A DNA stretch of 64,000 bases. Origin: the human T2T-CHM13v2.0 reference genome, Homo sapiens. The translations under genes were made by a program, and so were the position numbers. The stretch lies in assembly GCF_009914755.1 (NCBI RefSeq), contig NC_060930.1. One strand, written 5' to 3'. How positions within the stretch are numbered: position 1 is the stretch's first letter; every line of letters starts with the position of its first letter. Below the pieces are notes generated by a model. The model did not search any database and was not told the origin of the DNA. It worked only from the letters and a program-made list of their open reading frames with translations. Below are positions 41,218 to 55,839 of this stretch, piece after piece.

Positions 41218-42914
41218 ATGTCCACATGATTATCCCACTATTACCATTAACTCAACATGTCCCAAAGTCAAATCATGATCTTCCCCGCTGAAAAGGGCTC
41301 ATCTTGCTACATTCCCTGGCTTAGTTGTTCAGATCACTCTCTATTCAGTCTCTCACATTAGAGACCCAGGACTCCTTGACACTTTTCTTCTCCTGCATCC
41401 ATCTAGTCAAAAACCATGATCTTCCAGTTCTATCTTATAAACATTTTTCATGTCTCTCTTCTTGTCTTCATCTCAGCTTTTTCTGCCCTCACCACTGCTG
41501 AGGTGAGTTCAGTCCTCACTACTGCTGTGTAGGCCACTGCACAGATGGTCATTTAACTAGTCTTCTTGATTCTCAAATTAGGTCAGAGTGTTCTATCTAG
41601 AGAGAAAATCTGCCCTTGTCAGTATTGATATGATTCCTATCATACTGCTTGTAGGTTATACCTTGAACTCCCTAACACAGCAAACAAGACCTCCTTACTC
41701 TGGCCACTCCCACTTCCCTAAATCCACCTTCTCTCCTTTCCTAACTGATTATGCAGGCAAGTGATTCCCTTCAGAATCCATCCTGCTTCTTACTTTTATT
41801 CTTTTGTGCAAGTTGGGCTCCAGTGTAAAATATCTTACCACTTGGTAAGATTTTACCATCACTTGGAATCGGCACTCCTCATCTGGTCTTTCATGATGCC
41901 CTACATGTTTCTCTGCTATTGTACCTAAAACAGTGTAGTGCTATCAATTATTGTGTCTTTCCTCCACTTTAGGATGGAGAATGACTGTGCCTCCTTTACT
42001 CCAGTGTCCCAAGATTCCAGATTCTGGAACATAACAAGATCTAAGTAATTGTTGTGGTTATTCAAGCTTGGCCCTCTAAATCCTTGCCTTGATTTTTCAC
42101 TTAGAACTATTGTCTATCACATTGCCTCTATATGAAATGGCTCAATGCCTCTAATCTTTATTCTACATGGTAGAAATTAGAACAGGGGTCAATCCAGACC
42201 ATAGTCCTGAACTCACCAACACCTACAAATTATCATTTTACAAAAATACAAATTCATTCATATTTGAGCTTTATAAGTAATTGAACCACTGAACTATTTG
42301 GATCCCAGAAGAAGAAAAATGACAGACTTACAATGGGTAATTTGTGAGCATTGTTGAAAATGACAATTTACACAGGATTAGGCAGGTGGTAGGGAAACCA
42401 CAAGGGATTCTGGAGAACCGAACAGCTTGCCAAATAAAGGCAAATAAAAAAGGCTGAAGGGACAAGGAAGAGAGAAGTTATGAGAACATATGGAAAGGGC
42501 TGCCTTCCAGGAGCTGTGAACTGTAGAAAGCTCAGCCATCTGCACACCCTAAAAGAGAGACTGTCAGAGATAAACACCGCCTGACTCTACCTATCTCCCT
42601 TAAAAATCTAGCAGAAGCCAATGGACAAGGGAGTACAGGATGCAATCCATATGAGTCAGCCTCTTGGAGCCTGAGCAGGATGGAGATAAATGGAGGACAT
42701 ATAGGGAAGAACACATGGACAATACTCAACCCAATAAATAGAAAGTAATATTAATTTTCACAAACAGGAAAAATCATTGCCCTAGTGAGTTTGTCACCCC
42801 GGATTAAAGGTTTTAAAACATTGTTTCTTGTATCCAGTAATGGAATCTAACATACTGGGTCCCACACAGCAAGCCCTCTTAATCCATTGTTAATTCTATG
42901 AAGATGACAACTGC

Positions 42915-43113
42915 ATTCTTAGTTATCATTTTATTTGAATTTTTATTCATCTTACATTTCTCTCAAAAAAAAGTCTGAATAAAATAATGAACTGATCTCA
43001 TAATTGAAAAGAGCCACAGGAAAAAAAAATCTTTTCACTGGTATTTTCATCACGGAAGCCTTCTATTTTATGCAATACGGTGCCTAATGACTTTTCCATC
43101 CAAGGTGGGATAA
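42915..43113 (-). other. SLC17A3: SLC17A3 3'UTR terminal exon
   Basis: Pyrimidine tract and TTCTTAG| acceptor at 43113 after an 81-nt intron; AATAAA signals downstream. Confidence 0.8.
42930..42947 (-). terminator. Two AATAAA polyadenylation signals of SLC17A3
   Basis: TTTATT on the plus strand at 42930-42935 and 42942-42947. Confidence 0.75.
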
Positions 43114-43196
43114 CTAAGAAAGGAAAATGATATAGAATTTAAAACTTCAGCTGCTTCTATGGCTATAACCATGCATAAAATCACTATCCTTTACCT

Positions 43197-43331
43197 TCAT
43201 AAACGAGTGAGTTTTCTCTCTTTAGCCCATTCTTGGACATCTGCTTCTCCAAATATGAGGTAGAAGAGTAGTCCTAACAGGTTAACGGCAAACAGCAAGA
43301 AGAAGACATTCCTCCACCCAAACTCAGGGTC
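43197..43331 (-). CDS. SLC17A3: SLC17A3 exon 12, last coding exon ([10 protein letters not shown]...[12 protein letters not shown])
   Basis: 135 coding nt including TGA at 43199-43197; TCCAG| acceptor; donor AG|GTAAAG at 43195. Confidence 0.96.
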   Translation of the reverse strand, partial: DPEFGWRNVFFLLFAVNLLGLLFYLIFGEADVQEWAKERKLTRL

Positions 43332-44327
43332 CTGGAGACACAAAACCCCAAGTATATATTACCCCTTTCATATTTTCCTATGAAACATTATATTAATAGT
43401 TCAGATGACAACATTCACTGGTGGGTTTCCTTGTAGAAATTCATTTCCTGAAAGTGGCTTGATAGTTAAATGCAAAGGATTTCAAAATACATTCAGTGTT
43501 CTTAATAAAGGGTATTTGGGGAACTTTGTGATTAATCTACATAAATGCATTTGTCACTATTTATCCAAGTGCCATACATTTTCTCTTTTGCATGAATCTC
43601 GACTATATAAACTATGCTGAGAATCCTTTCAAGATTCTTCTTATGTTGTGCTGGAATTGTGAAAAGATTATGGGCTTTTGAGCTATACATGTTTAAGTTT
43701 GAAGAATTCTGATTGTTCATCCTTATTGTGGAAAGACTTATGCTAACAGATTTTCAGCTTGTTAGGGAATGAAAATAATAAAATTCAATTTTCACAACTG
43801 ATGTGAGAATCAATATCAATAGTTAAATGAGTTTACAGCATATGAAATACCTATGCATACATCACACACTTAATGTTTGCTTTCATTATCCCCTTTTTGG
43901 CATGATTATGCAAATGAAAATTTTTAATGTATAATTATTTACAATTTTCTAGAAATTTTGTTTTTTTAAATCAATTAAATTTTAAAAGGAACTATTTTAT
44001 CACTATTTGAAATAGATAACCAGAATTACTTGCCTTTAATAAAAAACAACCATAATGAATGCAATGAAACCAAAACACTGTTATTCTAGTGAAAAGAAAA
44101 CAATGTTCATAGCAGCCTTATTGATAATAGCCAAACAACTCAAATGTCCATAAAAGTACAATAGATAATTTGTGATTAGCCACACAATGAGACACTACAC
44201 AGCAATAGAAAAGAACAAGCTATTATAACTTCCAATGGATGAATCTCAAAAACATGATGGATGAAATAAGCTAGGGTAGGTACTATATGATTCCATTTCT
44301 ATGAAAGGCAAGAATGGGAAAATATAA

Positions 44328-44726
<399 letters not shown>

Positions 44727-44749
44727 GAAATATTATTTTCTAAAAACAA

Positions 44750-46885
44750 CTTTTAGGCTTAGAGGCACATGTGCAGTTGTGGTATATAGGTAAACTCATG
44801 TAATGGGAGTTTGTTGTACAGATATTTCATCACCCAGGTACTAAGCCTAGTCCCCAATAGTTTTTTTTTTCTGACTCTTTCCCTCCTCCCACCCTTCACT
44901 CTCAAGTAAGATCCAGTGTCTGTTGTTCCCCTCCTTGTGTCCATGAATGCTCATCCTTTGTCTTCTACTTATAAGTGAGAACATGTGGTATTTGGTTTTC
45001 TGTTCCTGCGTTAGTTTTCTAGGATAATGGCCTCCAGCACCATCCATTTTCCTACAAAAGATATGATCTCATTCTGAATAGTATTTCATGGTGTATATGT
45101 ACCATATTTCTTTATCCAATCTGTCATTGATGGGCATTTAGGTTGATTCCATGTCTTTTCCATTATGAATAGTGCTGCAGAGAACGTAAGTGTTCATGTG
45201 TCTTTATGGTAGAATAATTTACATTCTTTTGGGTATATACCCAGTAATGGAATTGCTGCGTAGAATGGAAGATCTGTTTTTAGCTCTTTGAGGAATCACC
45301 ACACTGCTTTCCACAATGGTTGAACTAATTTACACTCCCACCAACAGTGTATAAGCGTTCCCTTTTCTCTGTAACCTCTCCAGCATTTGTTATTTTTTGA
45401 CTTTTTAATAATAGACATTCTGACTGCTGTGAGTTGATCTCACTGTGGTTTTGATTTGCATTTCTCTAATGATCAGTGATATTTAGCTTTTTTCATACCT
45501 TTGTTGGCTGCATGTATGTTTTCTTTTAAAAATTTTTTATTTTATTTTATTATTATTTTTTAATTTTTTTATTTCCATAGGTTTTTGGGGAACAGGTGAT
45601 ATTTGGTTACATGAGTAAGTTCTTTAGTGGTGATATGTGGGATTTTGGTGCACCCATCACCCAATCAGAATACACTGAACCGGATTTGTAGTCTTTTAAC
45701 CCTTACCCCCTTCCCACACCTTCCCCCTGAGTCCTCAAAGTCCACTGTGTCACTCTTATGCCTTTGCATCATCACAGTTTAGCTCCCACTTGTGAGTGAG
45801 AATGTATGATGTTTGGTTTTCCATTCCTGAGTTACTTCACTTAGAATAATAGTCTCCAATCCCATCCAGATTGCTGTGAATGCCATCAATTCATTCCTTT
45901 TTATGGCTGAGTGGTATTCCATCATATATATGTATACCACAGTTTCTTTATCCACTCATTGATTAATGGGCATTTGGGTTGGTTGCACATTTTTGCAATT
46001 GTGAATTGTGCTGCCATAAACATGTCTGTGCAATTATCTTTTTCGTATAATGACTTCTTTTCTCTGGGTAGAAACCCAGTAGTGGGATGGCTGGATCAAA
46101 CAGTAGTTCTACTTTTAGTTCTTTAAGGAATATCCACACTGTTTTTCATGCTGGTTGTACTAGTTTACATTCCTACCAATAGTCATCCAGGCCAACAACA
46201 ATGGCCAACCTTGCAGGAGTAAGGTAATATCGCATTGTGGTTTTGATTTGCATTTCCCTGATCATTAGTGATGCTGAGCATTTTTTCACATGTTTTTTGG
46301 ACATTTAGTAGGGAAAGGACACCTTATTCAACAAATAGTGCTGGGATAATTGGAAAGCCACATGTAGGAGAATGAAATTGGATTCTCATCTCTCACCTTA
46401 TACAAAAATCAACTGAAGATAGATCAAGGACTTAAATCTAAGACCTGAAACTATAACAATTCTAGAAGATAACATCAGAAAAACCCTTCTAGACACCAGC
46501 TTAGGCAAGGATTTCATGACCAAGAACCCAAAAGCAAATGCAATAAAAACAAAAATAGCTGGGACTTAATTAAACTAAAGAGCTTTTGCACAGCAAAAGA
46601 AACAGCAGAATAAACAGACAACCCACAGGCTGGGAGAAAATTTTCACAATCTATACATCTGAGAAAGGACTAATATCCAGAACCTACAATGAACTCAAAT
46701 AAATTAGCAAGACAAAAATAAACAGTCCCATCAAAAAGTGGGCTAAGGACATGAGAAGACAATTCTCAAAAGAAGAACGTGTATGTCTTCTTTTGAAAAG
46801 AATCTGGTCACATTCTTTGCAAACACTTTAAAGGGTTCATTTGTTTTTTGTAAACTTAAGTTCCTTGTAGATGCTGGATACAAAT
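44750..46885 (-). mobile_element. L1PA/PB 3' fragment interrupted by a second L1
   Basis: 3'UTR and ORF2 end at 44750-45527, resumes at 46778. Confidence 0.85.
45528..46777 (-). mobile_element. Nested L1PB with 5' inversion
   Basis: Minus-strand 3' part to about 46305, plus-strand part 46306-46777, 17-bp TSD. Confidence 0.88.
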
Positions 46886-47188
46886 TCAAAGTATTGCCCA
46901 AAACATAGCAGGTTGGCATTTATGCATGGAATCATTATCCCAAGACACCTATGCAGCTGTGTGGTTTCAGTTTCAAAGACAGCAATCACTATTTAGTTCT
47001 TTGCTTGAGAATGAACCAGGCTTTAGGTCACCAAAGAAATGATTCTATATTTTTCTTTAGCAGGTTCATCTTAATGACAAATTACCCAAAATTTAACTTT
47101 ATTTTTCAGTCTTTGAATACATGCTATCACCTTTATAAGTGGATTTAGCAGAGCATCTTTGGAGTCCTTCATGACAAAAAAATTGTAC

Positions 47189-47279
47189 CTGACTAAGAAG
47201 AAATCCGCTGACAGTGGGTACAATGACAGGTGCTATGCTCGAAAATCCTCTTGATGCTCCCATGAGAAAACTGGAATAC
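47189..47279 (-). CDS. SLC17A3: SLC17A3 exon 11 (YSSFLMGASRG...GFLLSQ)
   Basis: 91 nt; CACAG| and CAG|GTACAA. Confidence 0.96.
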
Positions 47280-47619
47280 CTGTGGGTGACAGGAATGTTC
47301 CGGTCTAGATCCAGAGATGTTTGACAGTATCCTTCAGCCCTGATCCATGTATGAATCTATAACTCCATTATATTTCACAATTATATATAATTATAATTAG
47401 ACAATTATATCAAAAAGGACTTGCACTATGTATATTCAATGAGAGGGATGAGGACAAATCAATACCCCTTCCTCAACATACCTGAAAAAAACGGCCACAG
47501 GTCTATCTGTGGTTCTTCCCCTATGGTTTATTCATTTCCTAAGTTTGGGGATCCCAGAAAGCTGAAAGCTAAATCTTTTAAAGAAAATGTGAAACTGATA
47601 GTGGAGATCAGAGTCCTAC

Positions 47620-47767
47620 CTTGGAGCAATATCTAAGACATTGATATAAATCCCTGACTGACACAATGTGCTTAATCCGCAAGAGAGCGTCAGCAAGGCA
47701 GTTGCTGTGATATAGCCGGAATTGAGGTAAGGCAGAGACACAATGAGTGCTGAAGAGGGGAGACTTC
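47620..47767 (-). CDS. SLC17A3: SLC17A3 exon 10 (SLPSSAL...NVLDIAPR)
   Basis: 148 nt; CCTAG| and AAG|GTAGGA. Confidence 0.96.
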
Positions 47768-47862
47768 CTAGGAAATGAAGAAGAAACCAATTAAACAGTG
47801 AGATGCATTCTTTGGCTGTTGTATGCTACGCAAATTATCTGACCCTCAAGCTCTGTTCTTAC

Positions 47863-47992
47863 CTAAAATTGTGGCAATTTTCCTCACAGTGATGAGTCTA
47901 AACTTTTTGGTTAGAAGGAAATCTGCCAGATAGCCTCCCACCATGCCTATGACCCAGGCAACAATAAAAGGAAGGGCAGATAGAAGTCCATT
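47863..47992 (-). CDS. SLC17A3: SLC17A3 exon 9 (NGLLSALPF...RKIATIL)
   Basis: 130 nt; TTTAG| and TAG|GTAAGA. Confidence 0.96.
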
Positions 47993-48273
47993 CTAAAGAG
48001 AAAAGATTGAGTAAATTACCATAATAAAGGCAGTGAGACCACAACTTTTGTTGATAAATTACTACTAATAATAATGACATTCTGAAATCATACTTTCTTA
48101 GGAAAATCAGTAACCTCTTAAATCATACCCCAGAAAAGCTACTGGCATGAGTATTAAATATTAGATTATTTTTGGTAATAAGAAATACATTTCTCAGATG
48201 GAATGATTAGTGAGGGCAGAGTAATTGGTCAGCCATGCAAGCAGGAGAAAGGAAGGGAAGGAAACATACTCAC

Positions 48274-48435
48274 GTCTCTGATGTTAACATGGTACACAGA
48301 GCTGATGTAAGTTGGTATGTATACAACCATTGTGCTAACTAACCATTGATGGCTGAAACAGCCTAAACATATGGACCAAATGGGTAGAGATCTGAGCATA
48401 GCTTTGATGGGAAGAGGCTGCTTAGAAGACCTGAC
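48274..48435 (-). CDS. SLC17A3: SLC17A3 exon 8 (VRSSKQPLPIKA...HVNIRD)
   Basis: 162 nt; TTCAG| and GAC|GTGAGT. Confidence 0.96.
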
Positions 48436-48573
48436 CTGAAAACAAATTTACTGGTCATAACGGTAAATCCGACAGATGCTCACACACTTAGTCACCCTTA
48501 AAAATCCAGATTTAAGGCCTCAAGAAAATCCAGATACAAGGTCTCAGAAAAGTGTTGGTGTCTTTATATGTAC

Positions 48574-48692
48574 CTGTTGTTTCAAGGAGGATATGATGTA
48601 TTCTTTTTCTGAGGTGCTTATCCATGGATAGGAAACGGGGTCATCATAAATCACAACAAACCAGAGAAGGCAGCAGACACAGCCAACACCTC
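48574..48692 (-). CDS. SLC17A3: SLC17A3 exon 7 (GVGCVCC...[11 protein letters not shown]...LKQQ)
   Basis: 119 nt; TACAG| and CAG|GTACAT. Confidence 0.96.
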
Positions 48693-48729
48693 CTGTAAGC
48701 ACAGGGTAAATTTGGTAAATGGGCTGTTT

Positions 48730-51700
48730 TCTGCTTTTTGGGTGAACTTCTTTTATGTTGGGATATTTTCTGTTATAAGTTCTAGGAAAAGCTCATGTTC
48801 ATTATATCCCTTTTCCATTTCTGAAACAATTCACCCATTTTACATTTCCTGTTTATTTGTGTGTGTGGAAATTACAGAGCCTAGAAGTGGCACCACACTT
48901 GATATCTCAATATTTTTAATATTAGCCATTCTGATAGGTGTGTGGAGATATCTTACGGTTTTTATTTGTATTTCTTAAATAACTAAGGATGAGTTGAGCA
49001 TCTTTTCATGTGCCTATTTTCCCCCTATCTTTTTTTGATGAAGTGTCTTTGCCCAATTTTTTTTTTTTTGGTTTTTTATTATTGAGTTTTGAGAATTATT
49101 TACACATTCTGAATGAAAGTCCTTATTATACATGTGTTTTGCAATTATTTTCTCCTGGGATCAGCATGTCTTTTTATTATCCTAACAATGCCTTTTGATG
49201 AGGATATATTTCTAACTTTGATGAAATCCAATTTATCAATTAATTTTATGAATTATGCTTTTGGTGTCATATTTAGGAAATCTTTGTGTAAATAAGAAAG
49301 ATTAACGCCTATGTTTTCTTCTAGAAGGATAATAATTTCAGGTTTTATATTTAGGTCTGGGATTCATTTTGGTTTAGTTTTTATATATGATCCAAGGTAT
49401 GGATGGAAGTTCATTTTTTTGCATGTGGATATCCAATTTTTGAGCACCTTCTGTTAAAGAGACTATCCTTTATCTATTGAACCTTTCTCAAATATCAGTT
49501 CAGTTTACTTTATATGAAGTAAATAGAATCATGAGTCTATGATTCTATTTTGTTTCATTGATCTATTTGCCAATGTTTATGTCAATACCACTCTGTCTTA
49601 AAGACTATAACTTTATAATATGTCTTGACATCAGGTAGTGTTAGTCCTACAACTTTGTAATTTATTTTCAAAGGTGTTTGGCTATTCTAAAATCTTTGCA
49701 TTTCCATAAAAATTTAGTTTTCAGTGCACAGCCCTCACATATCTTTTGGCAGGTTTATCCCTATGTTGAATATTTTTTATGCTATTGAAAATCGTACTGT
49801 TCTCTTTAATTGACATTTCTTATTATTTCAGCTTTTCTACATCTGAAAACATCTCTATTTTGCATTTGTTTTTGAAACTTTTTTTTTTCACTGGGTCTAG
49901 AATTCCAGGTTGACAGATTTTGGTTTTTGTTTCTGTTTCGGTTTGTTTTTTTGCACTACTTTAAAGATGTTGTTCCACTGCCTTCTCTCTTGCACTGCTT
50001 CTAACAGGAAGGAATGCTGCATTCAGCATTATCTTTGTTCCTCTCTCTATAACACATCTTTTAGCTTTGGCTACTTTAAGATTTTCTCTTTACTTCTGGT
50101 TTTGAGCCATTTGATTAGAATGTAACTTGATGTAGTTTTCTTCATGTTTCTTGGGCTTGAGGTTCATTGACTTTTTTGGATCTGTGAATTTATAGTTTTC
50201 ATCCAATTTGGAAAATTTTTGGCCATTGTTTCTTCAAATATTTTTGAAAAATGTTGTTTTTGTTCTCCCATCCTACTTTTCTGTTTTGGGCACTCCACAA
50301 CTTACTGATGTTCTCATTTTAATATTATAATTTTCTCTGTGTGGTGGGTTTTGGATGATTTCTATTGTTGTTTTTAAGTTCATTAATCTTTTATTTTATT
50401 GTATCTAATCTGTCATTAACTCCATTCAGTGCATTTTTCATCTCAGATACTGTACTTTTCATCTCTATAAGTTTTATTGGGTCTTCTTTATATTTACTAT
50501 GTCTCCACTTAACTTTCTGAACATACAGACTTATGCTATAATGTAGCTATAGTAACTATTTCAATGCCCTTGTTTACTAATTCTAAAATCTCTGTCAGCT
50601 CTGGGTTAGTTTTGATCAATTTATTATTCTCTTCATTATAAGTTGTATTTTTCTCCTTTTCTTCATGTCTGGTAATCTATGGTTGGAGCCAGACATTATG
50701 AATTATATCCAGCTGGGTGCCAGATAGTTTTGTATTCCTGTAAATCTTATTAAGCTTTGTTTTGGGATATGATTAAATTATGTGGAAATAGTTTGCCCCT
50801 TTTAGGTCTGGCCATCACCATTTGTTAGAGAGATCCACAGCAGTACTCCCTGTAAGACTAATAATTTCTCACTACTGAGGAACAACATTTATGAGTATTC
50901 CATCCAGTGACCCATGAATTATGAATTTTTCAGTCTGTCTTATGAAAATGAGTACTATCTCTGATTTTCTGTGAGTGTAGGCACCGTCCTCAGCCTTCAC
51001 CAATGATTTTCCCCTGCCTACATGAATGAATGAAAAAGTCCTCTTTTTCATTCTTGATATTGGTTATTTTTCTTTCCTTTCTCTCTCTCTCTCTGTTTAT
51101 CTCTCTTTCTCTCTCTCTCTCTCCATCTGGCTAAAGATTTGTCAATGCTATTGATCTTTTCAAATAACCAATTGTAAATTGAACAAAATCTCTTTTTTGG
51201 TTTAAATCCATTAATTTCTGCATGTTTTTTTTTTTTTTTTTTTTTTTTTTTTGGAGACAGAGTCTCGCTCTGTGGCCCAGGTTGGAGTGCAGTGGTGCGA
51301 TCTCGGCTCACTGCAAGCTCCGCCTCCCGGGTTCACGTGCCATTCTCCCGCCTCAGCCTCCCGAGTAGCTGGGACATTAGGTGCCCGCCACCACGCCTGG
51401 CTAATTTTTTTGTATTTTTAGTACAGAAGGAGTTTCACCGTGTTAGCCAGGATGGTCTCGATCTCCTGACTTCATGATCCGCCCACCTCGGCCTCCCAAA
51501 GTGCTGGGATTACAGGCGTGAGCCACCGCACCCGGCCTTCTGCATGTATTTTTGTTATTTTCTTCCTTCAGTTTGATTTAGGTTTACTTAAATCATCTTT
51601 TTCTAGGTATTTTAAGGCATAAGCTTAGATCATTAATTTGAGAACCATCTTTTCTAATATAAGCATTTAATGTTAAAAGTTTCTCTCTAAGCTTTGTTTT

Positions 51701-52260
51701 AATTACATCCTACAAAATTTGATATATTGATTTTCATTTTCATTCAATTTGATTAAAAACTTTCCCTCGTGTCTTTTTCTTTAACTCATTGGAAGTATGT
51801 TGCTAAGTTTTTAAATATTTAGGGTATTTCCAGAGGCTTTTCTGTCACTCATTTCTAGTTTAATTTTATTATGTTCAAAGAACATATTTTCTATTATTTT
51901 CAACTCATTTAAATTTGTTCCATCTTATTTTTGTAGGCCATAAATTGTCTATCCTGGTGAATGTTTGAAGCACACTTGAAAATAAGTACTCTACTGTTGT
52001 TGAATAAAATGTACTTAATCTGTGTTCTTATTCTATTGATTATTAAGAGAAGAATATTGAGGCCTCCATCTTTAATTGTGGATTTGTTGATTTCTCCTTA
52101 CTCTTCTATCAGTTTTTGCTTCATGTATTTTGAAGTTCTGTCATTAGGTGCATATACATTTCAGATTGTTATATCTTCTTGTGAATTGGTAATATTCCTT
52201 GTTCTGAAGCCATTCTTATCTGATATTAATATATCCCCCAGTTTTCTCTTGATTAATGTT
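48730..52260 (-). mobile_element. Mosaic of old L1M fragments (SLC17A3 intron 6)
   Basis: T-rich antisense ORF2/ORF1-like sequence. Confidence 0.7.
51225..51537 (-). mobile_element. AluY
   Basis: Long poly-T, CpG-rich body, TSD TTCTGCATGT. Confidence 0.95.
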
Positions 52261-52562
52261 TCCATGGTAACTAACATCTTTGTTCCCTGGACTCTGTACA
52301 GTCCCAAGAACCAACAGGACTCTATCTCTGCCCTCAAAGAGCTCACTGTCCAGAAGGGGAGTTAAATGTATAAACAAATGAATGCAAACTAATGAAAGGT
52401 TTGAAAGTAGAATGTAAAAGCTACTAAAGTGGAAGTTATGGAGGGAGCAGTTCTTTCTCAATTTCTAATAACTAAATGGAAGGCTTTGGGACAAATGCGG
52501 AGGTTGGCAAAATTCATCCTCTTGGTGTTTCGTGTTTTCTCCTCTCTAAGAAACTTGAGCCT

Positions 52563-52612
52563 TACTCAGGATGCCTTGCTCCTGTGCTACTCAGGATGCC
52601 TTGCTCCTGTGC
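52563..52612 (+). repeat. Perfect 25-bp tandem duplication
   Basis: TACTCAGGATGCCTTGCTCCTGTGC x2. Confidence 0.95.
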
Positions 52613-52962
52613 TTACTCTGAGACAAAACCCACAGCAGCACCTACCTGTCTGGATTTCTTCCTTCCGTGTCTTACCACTGACCTGCAAGCCTATCCCCTA
52701 CTGCCTTCAATGGCAGCAGAGTATGACTGATTACCCTGTGATAATAACACAATATGGTGGGTTAATAGCACTTTATAATAGGCAGGAGAACTTCCAAATT
52801 TTTTTATGGCATTGACTAATTATTCCCTTAGATTAAGATATTTGGTTTTCTAGGATTTATCTGTCTTGACTCATTTCCTTTGGAAAACTATACACAAAAT
52901 ATACTTACTGAGGAGAATCTTTCTGCATATGAAACTCAGGGAACTGGGAGATAGTAGCTTAC

Positions 52963-53049
52963 CAAAGATATAGAAGACAAAGGGCCACCCAAGGGTTTCA
53001 CTAATGAAGCCACCTATGAGGATGGCAGTAAAGCATCCCAGTAACATTC
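52963..53049 (-). CDS. SLC17A3: SLC17A3 exon 6 (MLLGCF...GWPFVFYIF)
   Basis: 87 nt; TGCAG| and TG|GTAAGC. Confidence 0.96.
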
Positions 53050-54044
53050 CTGCAAAGAGAGAGAAAGTAAGCTGTGGGACTCTAGACTTCTACCTGGAAA
53101 ACACATACAAATTGATAGATGACATATTATAGAGCAGTAGCTTTAAACCATAAGGAGACGAGCATATTAGAATGCACAAACTTCAAATTTATGATTTAAG
53201 AACATATAATTTCATATGTTCTCCTGAGAGCACATTTTTCTGGTAGTTCCCTATAACATAGCAGATGACTGTCATACTTCCTCTCATGTTCTTTTAATTA
53301 CACAAGTTATATATGCTTATTGTAAAAGTAAACTACTACAAGGAGCCAAAGTTCCCCTCATGTGCCTTCCTAGCCATTCTCACTCGTCTCTGTAAAATTA
53401 ACCATTAGTAACAATGTGTTATATAATACATAATTGCATACCTTTTCTTTTCTGCACACATAAATAATATATATCTACACATAGTCATCCTCTTGGTAAA
53501 TGCATTACGTAATATGTAGACAGAAAGCTAGATTTTTCTATAAATGTGCTAATAAATATTTTAACTTTTATAGCTTTTCAGAATGTTCTAACATGGTAGG
53601 GCATGTTCGCTTTTTATTACTTTTTCAATCATTTCTAGATGATTGTGTTTTTTATTTTCCAGATGAACATTAATATTAAGTCATCAAATACTATATATGT
53701 GTATAGGTATTATCATTTTTAAGTAAACAGGATCATAATGTTTCTATTGTTTTGTGACTTCACTTTTTATTCAACAATTAGTCTTGTAAGCGTTTTTATG
53801 TCATTCTAGAGTCTACGCAGTTACTCTGAACATAGACATAATTTATTTCTGCACAATAGAATAGCAGAAGTGGACTTGCTAGGTCAAAGTCTAGATCAAA
53901 GGCTACGTGCATTTTAAATTTTGGTAAATACTGACAAAGTACCTTACTAGAAGTGTGTAGTACCAAATTAAATTGCCAAAAATATTGGGTTTTTTTTTCT
54001 CATCTCTTTGACAGCATTTAATATCCTCAAAGGTTTTTTCTTGT

Positions 54045-55018
<974 letters not shown>

Positions 55019-55839
55019 GTAGAGTAAATAATAAAGAGTATCCCATTTTAATTTCCTTTTTCATAGTAAAGTTGCACGTTTTTCTATCTTTAACTATTAT
55101 TTTTTATTTCTTTTGTGAACTGTCTGTTCATAATCTTTTTATCTTTGTTTCTTTTGCTTGTTTAATTTTGCCTTAATTTACAGAATCTTTATGTATTGTG
55201 AATGATCCTTTGTCTGTATGCTGGCTGCAATTATCCTCCCATCTTTAATTTTTTTAATGTAGTGTTTTGTAATTCAACTGTAAGTTTTTACGGAGCCAAA
55301 TCTCTCATTCTCCTCTATAATGACCTCTACGTTTACTCTTTTGTTTAGAAGATCTTTTCCTACCACATAACGTCAAAAAAAAAAAAAGAAAAAAAAGTCA
55401 CTTATTTACTTGTGTTGCCTCATTTAAGCCCTAGTAGTCAGATTTATAATTGAGTAAATAGAGAGAAAAATTAAATAACTTGCCAAAGGTCACATTGTTA
55501 ATAACAGGGGAAGGTAGTGTTGGAAATGAGACTGCCTGACCCCAGGCCACAGATACATGGAGATGGAAAACAGCATCTTTTTCTACCACTAAGTCCACCA
55601 AATTTGCATCTTTTCCTTGAACTCTTTGCCTTTGCTTTGACTATAATGGGGGACAGGTTCCTGCATTGCATCCATCCAAAGCCAGGTCCCTTCTTGTCCT
55701 CTGGACCCCATCTCCTCCAATCTATCCCAGGTTTGGACTCCTAAGAGTATGTATTCTCTCTCTGCATCCTCACTTCCCTCCTCAACTCTTGAATGTTTCC
55801 CATAATTTCTGAGTACACAAGCATATGTTATTCATGAAC

